Shown: positions 26,441-35,909, counted from the first letter of the stretch. The stretch is DNA of 64,000 nucleotides from a virus (IMGVR_UViG_3300012007_000007:99434-163433), one strand, 5' to 3'. Notes: generated by a model from the letters alone, not told the origin. Made by a program: numbers and translations.

Positions 26441-26469
26441 GTTGACGGAGTTTTCAATTTTTATATTTT
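26441..26469 (+). promoter_or_regulatory. possible sigma70-like promoter upstream of the sigma-factor gene (TTGACG-16/17-TATTTT)
   Basis: good -35, weak -10 inside an AT-rich gap. Confidence 0.3.
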
Positions 26470-26557
26470 ATTTTTTGATTTTTCAAACAAACGGACAACT
26501 GACAACAATACAATAAGCCCTCCCGGGTACGGGAGGCGAGAACGGAGGAAATGGACC

Positions 26558-27334
26558 ATGGAGTTCGCCAAGGAGATATTCAAGAACGAGGTTCGGGCGG
26601 CATACCTAAGGGCATGCGGGATAATCACGAGCCCGGAAGTCGAGAACGCGCTCATAGCGAGGGCGAAGAGGGGGGACAGGGCGGCCAGGAACCTGCTTTT
26701 CGAGAAGCAGCTCCCTGCGCTGCTGGACATGGCGAACCACAGCAAGTACGGGGTGTACGGCGGGAACGCGTCGGAGCTGGTGTCCTCCGTGATGGGGATA
26801 ATGGACCGTGCTATAGAGCTGTTCGACCCGACGAGGGGTCTGCGGTTCTGGACGTTCCTGAGGAACCACGCGTTCAACGCGATGAACAAGGAGTCCTACG
26901 AGGACAGCCTCATCCACGTCCCGGAGAACTACGTGAAGGCCAACCGCCGCGGCGAGGTCGCCTCGGTGGAGTCCGGGGATACCGCCGTGGGCAAGAAGGA
27001 CGGGGTGACCGTGACCAGGTTCGACCTGATGGCCGGGGACGACGGCAACGAGACGGTCTTCGGCCGCCTGGTCGAGCGGGAGCAGGAGGGCATCGCCGGT
27101 AGGCTCCTGACCGCACTCGACAGGGACGAGCAGTACGTGGTGGAGAAGTGCTACCTGGAGGACGAGCCGGACGAAGCCGGGAATCCCGGGAGCAGGCCGT
27201 GGAGCGCCGCGTCGGTGGCGCGGTTCACCGGGAGTTCGAAGGAATGCATCAACCGTATCCGGAAGGCCGCCCTGGCGAAGATGCGGAAGGCACTGGACGC
27301 GGACAGGGACTGGTGCATCGACCAGAGCGTATAG
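26558..27334 (+). CDS. sigma-70 family RNA polymerase sigma factor (258 aa; regions 2 and 4 only)
   Basis: region 2 (RGDRAARNLLFEKQLPALLDMANHSKYGVY) and region 4 HTH (SVARFTGSSKECINRIRKAALAKMRK); ACGGAGGAAATGGACC RBS. Confidence 0.65.
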   Translation: MEFAKEIFKNEVRAAYLRACGIITSPEVENALIARAKRGDRAARNLLFEKQLPALLDMANHSKYGVYGGNASELVSSVMGIMDRAIELFDPTRGLRFWTFLRNHAFNAMNKESYEDSLIHVPENYVKANRRGEVASVESGDTAVGKKDGVTVTRFDLMAGDDGNETVFGRLVEREQEGIAGRLLTALDRDEQYVVEKCYLEDEPDEAGNPGSRPWSAASVARFTGSSKECINRIRKAALAKMRKALDADRDWCIDQSV

Positions 27335-27356
27335 GCGGGATTTAATTTTTATTTTT

Positions 27357-27374
27357 GGTTTTAACCGTGCTTCC
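27357..27374 (+). promoter_or_regulatory. class-II motif GTTTTAACCGTGCTTCC
   Basis: 4 copies (27357, 27641, 28100, 29584), each 30-120 nt upstream of a plus-strand gene start. Confidence 0.45.
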
Positions 27375-27414
27375 AAAACGAGGACTTAAAACTTAACAGC
27401 TATGGAGCAACATC

Positions 27415-27612
27415 ATGCCAAACATTGCAAGGAAACGCGAGCGTAAGCGCGTGAAGAAGCTGCGCAGTATTGAAAAGGCCAGGAAGGCCCGGAACCGCCT
27501 GCTTAATTGCCGCGCCAAGTGGCCGGAAGGGATGGATGCGCTGATGTCCGCCGCGTGGGACCCGCAGGTGTCCCTGCTGTATCATCACATCCCGGAGGAT
27601 ATTAGGGAATGA
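27415..27612 (+). CDS. small basic protein (65 aa)
   Basis: ORF track; ATGGAGC leader. Confidence 0.5.
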   Translation: MPNIARKRERKRVKKLRSIEKARKARNRLLNCRAKWPEGMDALMSAAWDPQVSLLYHHIPEDIRE

Positions 27613-27640
27613 GCCAGTTCGACCTGGACAATAAGATTAA

Positions 27641-27656
27641 GGTTTAACCGGGCTTC
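27641..27656 (+). promoter_or_regulatory. class-II motif (GGTTTAACCGGGCTTCC)
   Basis: variant copy. Confidence 0.4.
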
Positions 27657-27797
27657 CAATGAGACGAGGTAAAGCCGAATACCCGGACCTTCCGCGGTTC
27701 GACCGCATCGCCAACTTTGAACCGGAAATCTTCGACAATGCAGAAACTCTTTACAACCTGAAAGGTGCACAGGAAGCACTTAAAAAGGAGCCCACCA

Positions 27798-28106
27798 ATG
27801 AAGACATTTAAGTTCATAAAAGCGCTATATATCGCCGCATACCTCGGAATCATCGCGCTTGCAATTTTCAAGATTGTAAGCAAGGTCAATGGTTGTCTCT
27901 GCGACAAGTGCAAGGAGAAGCGTCCGCTGTTCGAGTCTGCCGAGAAGAGCAATGAAGCTGACCGCATGCTGACTATACGTGGTGGCTCCGGTATACAATA
28001 TGACCACTCCGTCATCTTGACCTCGGAAAATTCAGGCTGGCGCCGCAAAGAATTGAACTTCTTCGTCGGCGAGCCCAACATCGGCAAGAAGGTGCTGGCG
28101 GTTTAA
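27798..28106 (+). CDS. membrane protein with CxxC pair (102 aa)
   Basis: AAAAAGGAGCCCACC RBS; TM helix; CDKCKEK. Confidence 0.5.
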   Translation: MKTFKFIKALYIAAYLGIIALAIFKIVSKVNGCLCDKCKEKRPLFESAEKSNEADRMLTIRGGSGIQYDHSVILTSENSGWRRKELNFFVGEPNIGKKVLAV

Positions 28107-28116
28107 CCGTGCTTCC
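28100..28116 (+). promoter_or_regulatory. class-II motif
   Basis: GGTTTAACCGTGCTTCC, overlaps the stop codon of the previous gene. Confidence 0.45.
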
Positions 28117-28146
28117 GGCACAATAATTTAAAAGGAGAAATGCCAT

Positions 28147-28404
28147 ATGACGTTCTTTGAGATGGAAGGATATAAAGAGGGCGAACGCTATCCAGAATGC
28201 ACCGTTCGTTATACCACGTTCAAGGGAGCTGTCGAACATTTGTCCCGCTCCGTTGGGGGTCTCGGACACCTGTCCAGAGTGGTTGTATACTACGTTGGCC
28301 AGGCGCATCCTAGCGCCAAGCTCATCAGGCTTTCTAAATGGATGGTGTCATCCCGAAAGCTGTGTAAATTTATCTTGAACAATTGCCCGTTTATTGAGGA
28401 ATAA
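28147..28404 (+). CDS. hypothetical protein (85 aa)
   Basis: AAAAGGAGAAATGCCAT RBS. Confidence 0.5.
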   Translation: MTFFEMEGYKEGERYPECTVRYTTFKGAVEHLSRSVGGLGHLSRVVVYYVGQAHPSAKLIRLSKWMVSSRKLCKFILNNCPFIEE

Positions 28405-28416
28405 GGAAAAATCCGT

Positions 28417-28776
28417 ATGTTAAAAGACGGCAGATTTGGTAATAATCACGAATTTCTCGATGCATTGGCCGAGTTGGACCCGACTACGAAAATCCGCAGT
28501 GAATGCGATTCGCTTCATTATGACTATGTGTTCAAGTTGAAATCTGGAAGGACGTATCTAGCGGGAGACTTCAACTTTACACCGGGATTGTCCGTGTGCG
28601 AAGTACAAAATCTGTGGGGTGACAGGAAGATTGGCGAACCTGTACCGTGTACCCTCGAAACCCTTAAAAAGATTACTTCCGAACCAGCAAATACCGTCAA
28701 ATATTATGGTCCTAAGATTGGTACGGTTATAACCCAGTTTGACCGCGACCAAGACAAGAATATTGCTGGATACTGA
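28417..28776 (+). CDS. hypothetical protein (119 aa)
   Basis: ORF track. Confidence 0.5.
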   Translation: MLKDGRFGNNHEFLDALAELDPTTKIRSECDSLHYDYVFKLKSGRTYLAGDFNFTPGLSVCEVQNLWGDRKIGEPVPCTLETLKKITSEPANTVKYYGPKIGTVITQFDRDQDKNIAGY

Positions 28777-28818
28777 TATGACCGAGAAGGAAATCCCAGA
28801 AACACAAGGAAATTAAAA

Positions 28819-29088
28819 ATGCTATTGGAAGCCGTGCGTCATGAAACATTTGAAAAAGAAGGCCTGGTCAAGTACTATGACCGCCAGGACCGCATCGTGG
28901 AAATTTCATTCGTTCAATCGGGAAACGGCTGTACTATCCAGTACATTGAGCCACCCGTGCACGTAGGGGCGCAAACAAAGGAACGAGTGGTTCGATGGAG
29001 TAACGGGCAAGTGTATCGAACCTGGGTTGATGACGAAGGCAAAACAAAGTTCGTGAGGCTGAAGGATGAACAAGACTGGCACTATTGA
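28819..29088 (+). CDS. hypothetical protein (89 aa)
   Basis: ORF track. Confidence 0.5.
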   Translation: MLLEAVRHETFEKEGLVKYYDRQDRIVEISFVQSGNGCTIQYIEPPVHVGAQTKERVVRWSNGQVYRTWVDDEGKTKFVRLKDEQDWHY

Positions 29089-29314
29089 TGACAACACCAA
29101 TTCGAGCTGGAACGCATTCGTGACATATAACATGGCCGATGTGATGATGCTGAAACGATTGGAAGAATTTGCATACATGCAATGGCTGGCCGAACTGAAG
29201 CGTCGCTGGGGTATCTTCTGGCGCATCCCGTACTGGTGGCACCACGGCAGACATCCCGTACAACATATAACAAAAATTAATATTGGGTTAAAAGAAAGAA
29301 GGGAAGTTATATGA
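29066..29314 (+). CDS. hypothetical Trp-rich protein (82 aa)
   Basis: ORF track; overlaps neighbours by a few codons. Confidence 0.4.
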   Translation: MNKTGTIDDNTNSSWNAFVTYNMADVMMLKRLEEFAYMQWLAELKRRWGIFWRIPYWWHHGRHPVQHITKINIGLKERREVI

Positions 29315-29589
29315 TTATTCGGGACAAGAATGGCACTGAGCGCATCGCGATGGCGTCCGATTTCCAGGATGCTACCATTACATTCACTCCAGCCGAATGG
29401 AATGAACTGCATGACATATTCTGCTTCTATAAAAAGAAAATAAAACCGAACGAGTTCGCCAAGATTAACCAGCCAATCCTGGAAAAACTGGAAGCCAACC
29501 AACCGGTGCTTAAAGACGGCTACGAAAAGGTCCGGGACGGATGGCCTTCAATATCAAACGAACAAATATCAAACGAACAGGATGTTTAA
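29311..29589 (+). CDS. hypothetical protein (92 aa)
   Basis: ORF track; AGAAGGGAAG RBS. Confidence 0.5.
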   Translation: MIIRDKNGTERIAMASDFQDATITFTPAEWNELHDIFCFYKKKIKPNEFAKINQPILEKLEANQPVLKDGYEKVRDGWPSISNEQISNEQDV

Positions 29590-29599
29590 CCGTGCTTCC
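29584..29599 (+). promoter_or_regulatory. class-II motif
   Basis: TGTTTAACCGTGCTTCC. Confidence 0.45.
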
Positions 29600-29640
29600 G
29601 AAACAATGCGTTAAAAGCAACAATAAATACAGGAGTAGAT

Positions 29641-29916
29641 ATGATTAAACTGAGAGAATGGACAGCCAGCGAGATTGAAGAATATGATGACGCAAGGCTA
29701 GAACGTGCGGAAGACGGCAAGATTGCCTGCACCAGAGTGTATATCAAACCCGAAGTAGATGAATTAATATCGACTATTATGGCAGAGAAAGACAAGGCGA
29801 TTGCGGACTTGAAAGAAAGTCACAGGCAGAAAGTCAATCAACTTCTTGTGCAGATTGAAGACCTTGAACGGCGAGTGTATCGGGCAAATCGCGATGCACG
29901 GCGTACCCGCTACTAG
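29641..29916 (+). CDS. hypothetical coiled-coil protein (91 aa)
   Basis: ACAGGAGTAGAT RBS. Confidence 0.5.
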   Translation: MIKLREWTASEIEEYDDARLERAEDGKIACTRVYIKPEVDELISTIMAEKDKAIADLKESHRQKVNQLLVQIEDLERRVYRANRDARRTRY

Positions 29917-29990
29917 AGTACGTGGGCCGAACACATGAAACTTATAATATAATTTTCCAAAGAGCCAAGATAAAACAAAGGTTAATCATC

Positions 29991-30212
29991 ATGGCAGAAA
30001 GAGAACATTTCACCAAGGAACAGCTCCTTGAACAGTGCAAGAACGCGAAGCCCACTCCGGGAAGCAACCTAATGGGCTGTAGCGAATCGTGGTACGACCC
30101 GTTCTTCTGCTTGCAGCAAATCTTTACCGAGGGCGAACTCGGCGCCATGACAGAACAGGAACTGAACAACCTGTACCGTCTGGCCGACGAATTGACCCGC
30201 ACATTTTACTAG
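29991..30212 (+). CDS. hypothetical protein (73 aa)
   Basis: in-frame ATG of ORF 29922..30212. Confidence 0.45.
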   Translation: MAEREHFTKEQLLEQCKNAKPTPGSNLMGCSESWYDPFFCLQQIFTEGELGAMTEQELNNLYRLADELTRTFY

Positions 30213-30220
30213 GAGGAAAT

Positions 30221-30511
30221 ATGGAAACCCGTGAACAGAACGTTGATTGTCCGCTGTGCAAAGGTGAAACAATTCAGCCGTACGAAACCGTGTATGACCA
30301 CCATGGGCATTCAATTGGATTGAGGTCTGAAGTGAAATGGCGGCTAGACGGAACTACCCTCAATCAACTGGTTCATGCCGAATATATAACCAACAATGAT
30401 TTGCACTATGATGAAGACTTCACGCCTGAGCTGAGCTATTGCATTCCGGTTCAGGTAAGCCATTGCCCATACTGCCAACGCAAGTTGACCGAGACACCGG
30501 GAGATAACTAA
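30221..30511 (+). CDS. zinc-ribbon protein (96 aa)
   Basis: CPLCKG ... CPYCQRK; AGGAGG RBS. Confidence 0.5.
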   Translation: METREQNVDCPLCKGETIQPYETVYDHHGHSIGLRSEVKWRLDGTTLNQLVHAEYITNNDLHYDEDFTPELSYCIPVQVSHCPYCQRKLTETPGDN

Positions 30512-31035
30512 TGACTGAGCCGTTCTCATTCAAGCAGAAACAGCTGATATGCGTCAACAAGCGGGACTTCGAGCGAATTTGCCGGGACGAGGGGTGGTCG
30601 GACGACAACCCGCCCACGGATGCCGCGCTCATCTCGATATGCTGCAACGCGGAGGTCGCGAAGTGGGTCCTGTCCGACGGCGACAGGCACTTCTTCTCGT
30701 CGGACCACGACAACGTCCTCAACGTCGAGTTCGACGACGTCACCGAGGACGTCAAGGTGTTCGACGGAGACGAGTACGGGTTTCCCGGGAAAATCACCGC
30801 TAGGGGGATAACCCCGGAGACTGCCGAGAAGGTGGTCAGGTTCATCGAAGGGCACAGGGGGATGGATTTCCTCATCCACTGCCGGGCGGGCAAGTCGAGG
30901 TCCCAGGCAGTGGTCCGGTACGTGCTGGACTTCTACGAAGGCCCATTCCAGACTAACCAGAGCAATCCGTGCCGGTTCTACAACACCCACACCTACACTG
31001 CGCTGAGGAAGGCCCGGGAGAGGCTCGGTCTGTAG
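30511..31035 (+). CDS. dual-specificity / protein-tyrosine phosphatase (CX5R P-loop) (174 aa)
   Basis: HCRAGKSRSQAVV signature (HC-X5-R-S). Confidence 0.65.
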   Translation: MTEPFSFKQKQLICVNKRDFERICRDEGWSDDNPPTDAALISICCNAEVAKWVLSDGDRHFFSSDHDNVLNVEFDDVTEDVKVFDGDEYGFPGKITARGITPETAEKVVRFIEGHRGMDFLIHCRAGKSRSQAVVRYVLDFYEGPFQTNQSNPCRFYNTHTYTALRKARERLGL

Positions 31036-31080
31036 CTGGCGTATAAACTGTCGTTGGCTGAAACATTCCGGGTGGAACAC

Positions 31081-31494
31081 ATGAAACTCACAGACTACTT
31101 GAAGACATTCATCGGGCGTCCCTACATCTGGGGAGGCAACGGGAGCGGCAAGACTTCCGGCGGATTCGACTGCAGCGGCCTTGTCCTGGAGGGCCTGTGG
31201 GCCTTCGGGCTGTACAGCGGGACCGACACGACGGCCCAGGTCCTCTACGACCATCTCACGAAGACCGCCCTGTGGAAGGATGGCCGCATCGACCACGCCG
31301 GCGACGGCGACCTCCTGTTCTTCGGCAAGTCCACCTCCAAGATTACCCATGTGGCTGTAGCGCTGGGCGACGGGCTGATGCTCGAGGCCGGCGGTGGCGG
31401 TTCCTCCTGCAAGACGGCCGCGACATCAACCGGGTTCGTGCGCATACGCCCCATCCGCAAGGACGTCGTAGCCTGCGTGTACCAGGCGAAATAA
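31081..31494 (+). CDS. NlpC/P60-family cell-wall peptidase (137 aa)
   Basis: YIWGG...GFDCSGLV (catalytic Cys) and ITHVAVALGDGLMLEA (His). Confidence 0.65.
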   Translation: MKLTDYLKTFIGRPYIWGGNGSGKTSGGFDCSGLVLEGLWAFGLYSGTDTTAQVLYDHLTKTALWKDGRIDHAGDGDLLFFGKSTSKITHVAVALGDGLMLEAGGGGSSCKTAATSTGFVRIRPIRKDVVACVYQAK

Positions 31495-31585
31495 TCTCCA
31501 CCTCCGTGCAAATTTGCTATATTTGGTGTACGGGCAATTCCGCCCGTACATTTACATTTACATTATACACACAAAGGAATACCGC

Positions 31586-32533
31586 ATGAACAGCAACATC
31601 AAGATATTCGGCATCAGCGCCGCCATCGTGGCAATATTCGCACTCGCCCTCGGTTCCTTCACCATCGTGGAACCGACCGAAGTCGGTGTCGTCAAGACGG
31701 CAGGAAGCATCTCTGGCACGATTCCTCGTGGCAACGGTTACACATTGAAAATTCCGTTCATCCAGTCAATCACCACCATCGAACTGGCTCCGCAGAAGGA
31801 CGACTTTACTTACAAAGTTGGCGATGACGGTGCAATCACGAAGGACATGCAGACGGTCGGTGTTTCCACCTCCATCATCTACGTATTCAATGAAGATGAA
31901 GCCGAAAACTTCGTCCGCAACTACACCAAGAACGCCTTGGACAACTTCTTCAAGTCAAACATGAAGACTTCATTGAAGGTTGTCATCGGCAAGTATTCCA
32001 TCTATGACCTGACCAAGGAAACCGACAAGATTGCAGAAGAAGTTAAGAAGTTGATGGAAAAGAAGTGTGCCAATATGCCTATCACAATCCAGGATGTCAA
32101 CATCACCAACTGGGACTGGACTGACGACTTTGACAGCCAGATTAAGGAAACGATGATTAAGACCCAGAAGGAAAAGACCGCAAAGGCTGACGTGGAAATC
32201 GAACGTGCTATCAACGAGAAGAAGGTTGTTGCCGCACAGGCCCAGTTGCAGGCTGACTCAGCCACCTACCGAAATGAACTCAACAAGGCTCAAAACGAAC
32301 TCGAAATAGCCAAGAAGAAGGCAGAGGCACTCATCGTGGCAGCAGAGGCAGAAGCCAAGGCCATTACTGCAAAGAACAAGGCTATCGCGGCCAACTACGC
32401 AATCCAGCAGAGCGCATGGAAGCACGAAGAGACGATGGCCCGTCTCGAAAAGTGGAACGGCAAGATGCCTGGTGCAGAAGCCAGCACAATCACCCCGAAC
32501 TTCTCGGGAATCAACTTGAGCAAGGTGGAGTAA
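31586..32533 (+). CDS. SPFH/band-7 (prohibitin/HflK-like) membrane protein (315 aa)
   Basis: N-terminal TM; TIVEPTEVGVV ... band-7 core; C-terminal coiled-coil. Confidence 0.7.
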   Translation: MNSNIKIFGISAAIVAIFALALGSFTIVEPTEVGVVKTAGSISGTIPRGNGYTLKIPFIQSITTIELAPQKDDFTYKVGDDGAITKDMQTVGVSTSIIYVFNEDEAENFVRNYTKNALDNFFKSNMKTSLKVVIGKYSIYDLTKETDKIAEEVKKLMEKKCANMPITIQDVNITNWDWTDDFDSQIKETMIKTQKEKTAKADVEIERAINEKKVVAAQAQLQADSATYRNELNKAQNELEIAKKKAEALIVAAEAEAKAITAKNKAIAANYAIQQSAWKHEETMARLEKWNGKMPGAEASTITPNFSGINLSKVE

Positions 32534-32535
32534 CA

Positions 32536-32658
32536 TGGTTCTACTTTTCGGTATCTGCCTGGGGTTCGCGTGCGGGGTGCTCACCTGCACGCTGGTCGGC
32601 ATCCTCAAGGAAAACAGCCGGCTCAAGAAAGAGAAGAAGATTTCGGAGGACACATGAG
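32536..32658 (+). CDS. small membrane protein (40 aa)
   Basis: hydrophobic ORF between two genes; start overlaps the upstream stop. Confidence 0.3.
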
Positions 32659-33346
32659 CGAACTGAAACTGAAGGACATACTGGAACTGCTGACGAAAGT
32701 TCCTGCGCAAGAGCTGGGCAAGTACACCGAGCTCATCAAGGGCTCGCTGGTGGACGGGAATAGCTGCCGTGTTAGGGGCACCCACAGGGTCGACGTGCGG
32801 CCGTTTGGGTACTGTTCACAGGTCAGCTGCAGCACCTACCACAAGTGGATATTCAGTGGCTCCATTGACACGGACCGCATCGTGGACATCAGTATCACCG
32901 TCGGAAAGCCGAACGACGTGACCCGCAGCCAGTACAATGTGGTGGTGGAACTTGTCCCGGCCTTTACCCCGGGCCGCGGCCGCCTGTACGTCATGGAGGA
33001 CGATGACGACCCTTGCGACGTAATCGACATGATGTTCGCTCTCGCCAAGAAGCTCCCGGAGAAGTCCGTGAAGAAGTTCACCCTGGACGAGAAGAAGCGG
33101 GAGAAGGTAGTCGCCTCGCTGAAGGACCTGCAGAAAGTCCTGAAGGAGACCGGCACCAGGCTGGTCCGCACGAGCGAGGGGACCGTCACCGTCGTGCCGA
33201 AGAAGGTCACCGTGGAAGATACTGACAAGACCGGCGAGTTCGACTTCGTTGACAGCGACTTCTATCCCGAATTCAAGATTCAGGAAATCCCGGAGCTTGG
33301 CTGGGGGTTCTCCTACGCCATAGCCAAGCGGAAGGAGGGAAGATGA
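32654..33346 (+). CDS. hypothetical protein (230 aa)
   Basis: in-frame ATG (residue 29 of ORF 32570..33346). Confidence 0.55.
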   Translation: MSELKLKDILELLTKVPAQELGKYTELIKGSLVDGNSCRVRGTHRVDVRPFGYCSQVSCSTYHKWIFSGSIDTDRIVDISITVGKPNDVTRSQYNVVVELVPAFTPGRGRLYVMEDDDDPCDVIDMMFALAKKLPEKSVKKFTLDEKKREKVVASLKDLQKVLKETGTRLVRTSEGTVTVVPKKVTVEDTDKTGEFDFVDSDFYPEFKIQEIPELGWGFSYAIAKRKEGR

Positions 33347-33624
33347 CTTTCGAAGAATACGCAGAAATGAACGAGCGCTGCATCCTGTACAAGATGGGCG
33401 CAATCCGGGCAATATGCGGGATTACCGGGCAGGGAGACTTCGAGTCGGCCGTCCATGGCCAGTCCTGGCTGAACCGCGTGGCCGACGACAAGCTGAGCTA
33501 CCACATCCACTTCTGCAACGGGTACAACCTGGAAGGCGAGATGGAAACAAGGATTCTCGAACTTGCCATGGAAGGCAACATGTACCTGGCGAAGCTGGAA
33601 TACGCCGAAAAGGAGGGAAAATGA
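33343..33624 (+). CDS. hypothetical protein (93 aa)
   Basis: ORF track; ATGA overlap coupling. Confidence 0.5.
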   Translation: MTFEEYAEMNERCILYKMGAIRAICGITGQGDFESAVHGQSWLNRVADDKLSYHIHFCNGYNLEGEMETRILELAMEGNMYLAKLEYAEKEGK

Positions 33625-33923
33625 ACAAGCGGCATTACTACATCGCAGTGAAGAACCAATTCGACGCGCCATGCACCGTCTACGAGGGGACGAACCTCCC
33701 GAAGATGGCCAAGGCATATTCCGAGCTCCAGGATGTTCTCGCCCCGCACATCGAGGTGATTCTGGACATAGACGAGAACTACGACCCGGACCTGGGCGCA
33801 TTCCCTACCGTAAGCCAGCTCTTCGACGGCGAGGCGCTGCGGCCATGGATGGAGCGCCTGCTCCCGGCTGCCGACCGCACGCTGGAGAGGATAAGGGAAC
33901 GCTACGGCAATACTGCCGAGTAG
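33621..33923 (+). CDS. hypothetical protein (100 aa)
   Basis: AAGGAGGGAAA RBS. Confidence 0.5.
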   Translation: MNKRHYYIAVKNQFDAPCTVYEGTNLPKMAKAYSELQDVLAPHIEVILDIDENYDPDLGAFPTVSQLFDGEALRPWMERLLPAADRTLERIRERYGNTAE

Positions 33924-33931
33924 GGGGAACC

Positions 33932-34183
33932 ATGGCGAAGAGCGAATCGATGGAAGAGATAGCCGCCGGAGTCGTCTGCGGGCTTGTCAGGCTGAAGTAC
34001 GGGGAGAACCTCCCGGTAAAGGAAGTGCTTCCCCTGGTGAATATTTTAGAGGACGACAGGAAGGCCGCGGTAAACCTCCTGGAGATTTCCAGGAAGCTCG
34101 GGGTGTCTCCCGGGGAACTGAAGGAAAGTCTCGACAGTGCGCTGGTGATGTACTGGCGGGAGGATGAACGACATGCTGAGTAG
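33932..34183 (+). CDS. hypothetical protein (83 aa)
   Basis: in-frame ATG after TAGGGGGAACC. Confidence 0.5.
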   Translation: MAKSESMEEIAAGVVCGLVRLKYGENLPVKEVLPLVNILEDDRKAAVNLLEISRKLGVSPGELKESLDSALVMYWREDERHAE

Positions 34184-34565
34184 GAAGACCCTGGACAAGT
34201 TCTCTTCGCTTCTGGCGGAGATTTACAGGCAGGAGGACTGCAAGGACTTCACCCGGTGCCTGGCACCCGAGGTCGTGGACCAGGCCCGCGTGCTAGAGAA
34301 GTGCCTGTACGGGCTCCTGGACCGCGTGGCCTACTGCCATACCGGGAAGGACGGGAAGCCCCTGCACATCGACGGGAGGACATACCGGTCCTACCGGGCG
34401 GTCGTCCGCAGCATCCGGGAGAACGAGGGGGAGGACGGCAATTCCGAGACCCGCTGGTTCAACCTGCTGGACAGGCACCCGGAGGGGACCCTGGACGGAA
34501 TCCTGAGGGTGGAGAAGGCGATGGCGAATGCCGTATCCGCGGGGAAGGATGGCCTTCCTGGTTGA
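34164..34565 (+). CDS. hypothetical protein (133 aa)
   Basis: ORF track. Confidence 0.5.
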   Translation: MNDMLSRKTLDKFSSLLAEIYRQEDCKDFTRCLAPEVVDQARVLEKCLYGLLDRVAYCHTGKDGKPLHIDGRTYRSYRAVVRSIRENEGEDGNSETRWFNLLDRHPEGTLDGILRVEKAMANAVSAGKDGLPG

Positions 34566-34744
34566 TTGCGCACTGAAGGCCGCATGTGCCGCGGTGGCGC
34601 TCGTGTGTGCCTGGGTTGTCGTCTCGGCAGCGGTTGCCACCTTCACGTGGGCCTGCGACAGTCCTCCCCGGGACAGCTGGTGGAGGCACTTCAAGGACGC
34701 TTTCCTGCTGGCCTTCGACCTGTGACTCGAACATTCACCGAAAA

Positions 34745-34790
34745 AAAAGGAGCCGTTCCTGGGGAACGGCTCCTTTGTTTTCCCGTTTCC
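34745..34790 (+). terminator. intrinsic terminator
   Basis: GGAGCCGTTCC-tgggg-GGAACGGCTCC + tttgttttcc. Confidence 0.6.
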
Positions 34791-34876
34791 GGTGCCTACC
34801 GGTGCAAAGATAGCCTTTTTCACCAGCTGCCGATGCTATAAACTAGATGCAAACGACTTTAGACTTGGAGTATCCA

Positions 34877-35887
34877 ATGAACAAGATGTTCGACACGTAT
34901 CTGGCCATGCTGGAAAGCAAGGCCCCCGCCTCCCAGAAGGCTGACTTCCATGCCGCCAGGGAACTCTACCGTAAGGAAGGACTTCCTAAATTCGAGGGTA
35001 TCTGGGATATGGTCACCGGCAAGTTCGGAAAGGCACCCTCGCAGAGCACGTTCGGCGACCACAAGGACCAGAACAATGCGAAGCGCACACCCGAACAGGT
35101 TGCTCAGGACAAGGAAAACGCGACCAAAATTAAAACGGCTATTGAAAACTTCCCAAAGGCGGCCGAAACAATCAATACAGTTGCCGCCCACGACCCGGGT
35201 AAGGTGCATGCATGGGTAGACTTCAGGCTTACACCAGCAATCAAGCGTGCAATGAACACGCCGACCCAATTCAACACCGTCGATGAAATCAAGGCCGGTG
35301 CCAAGGAAGCCTACAAGGAATCGGCTAGGCAGTTCAAGGATGAAGATGCCGAGGCAAAGGCCGCAGAAAAGCAGAAGATGCAGGACAGTCTAGCCAAGGC
35401 CGACGAGTTCGAGAAGGAAAAGAAGGCGAAGGAGCTCGCCGCCAATTCAGAGAAGAAACTTGACGAAGTTGGAAAGAATCGTGACTACAAGTGGGACAAC
35501 AGCATGTCTGTGGGTGCCACTGATACCGACGTTAACCAGAAGATTGCCACCCGTCGCTCCGAAGACATGCAGAACAAGGAAAAGGCCGATGCCGACATTG
35601 CTGCCGCCCAGAAGTGGTGGGATGAGCACGGGGAGACACCCGCATTCCACAAGGCAATGACCGGCGAAGAAATGAAGAAGAATGAGGATTCACGCCAGAA
35701 GGCCGAAGCCGCGAAGCAGGCCGACGATGTCAATGACTGGATTAACGGCTGGGGACTCGACGAGTCCGTGAGCATCAAGGGACTCCGCGCCGCGTTCGAA
35801 AGTGTGTACGGTGACTCCAAGGAATTCAGCGACAGCGAAATCCGCGCCATCTGCGCATCCTGCTACGCCCGCAGGAATGCACAATAG
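34877..35887 (+). CDS. Lys/Ala/Glu-rich hypothetical protein (336 aa)
   Basis: ATG after GGAGTATCCA; ORF track. Confidence 0.55.
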   Translation: MNKMFDTYLAMLESKAPASQKADFHAARELYRKEGLPKFEGIWDMVTGKFGKAPSQSTFGDHKDQNNAKRTPEQVAQDKENATKIKTAIENFPKAAETINTVAAHDPGKVHAWVDFRLTPAIKRAMNTPTQFNTVDEIKAGAKEAYKESARQFKDEDAEAKAAEKQKMQDSLAKADEFEKEKKAKELAANSEKKLDEVGKNRDYKWDNSMSVGATDTDVNQKIATRRSEDMQNKEKADADIAAAQKWWDEHGETPAFHKAMTGEEMKKNEDSRQKAEAAKQADDVNDWINGWGLDESVSIKGLRAAFESVYGDSKEFSDSEIRAICASCYARRNAQ

Positions 35888-35909
35888 CCATATCGATTCA
35901 TGAAACAAC

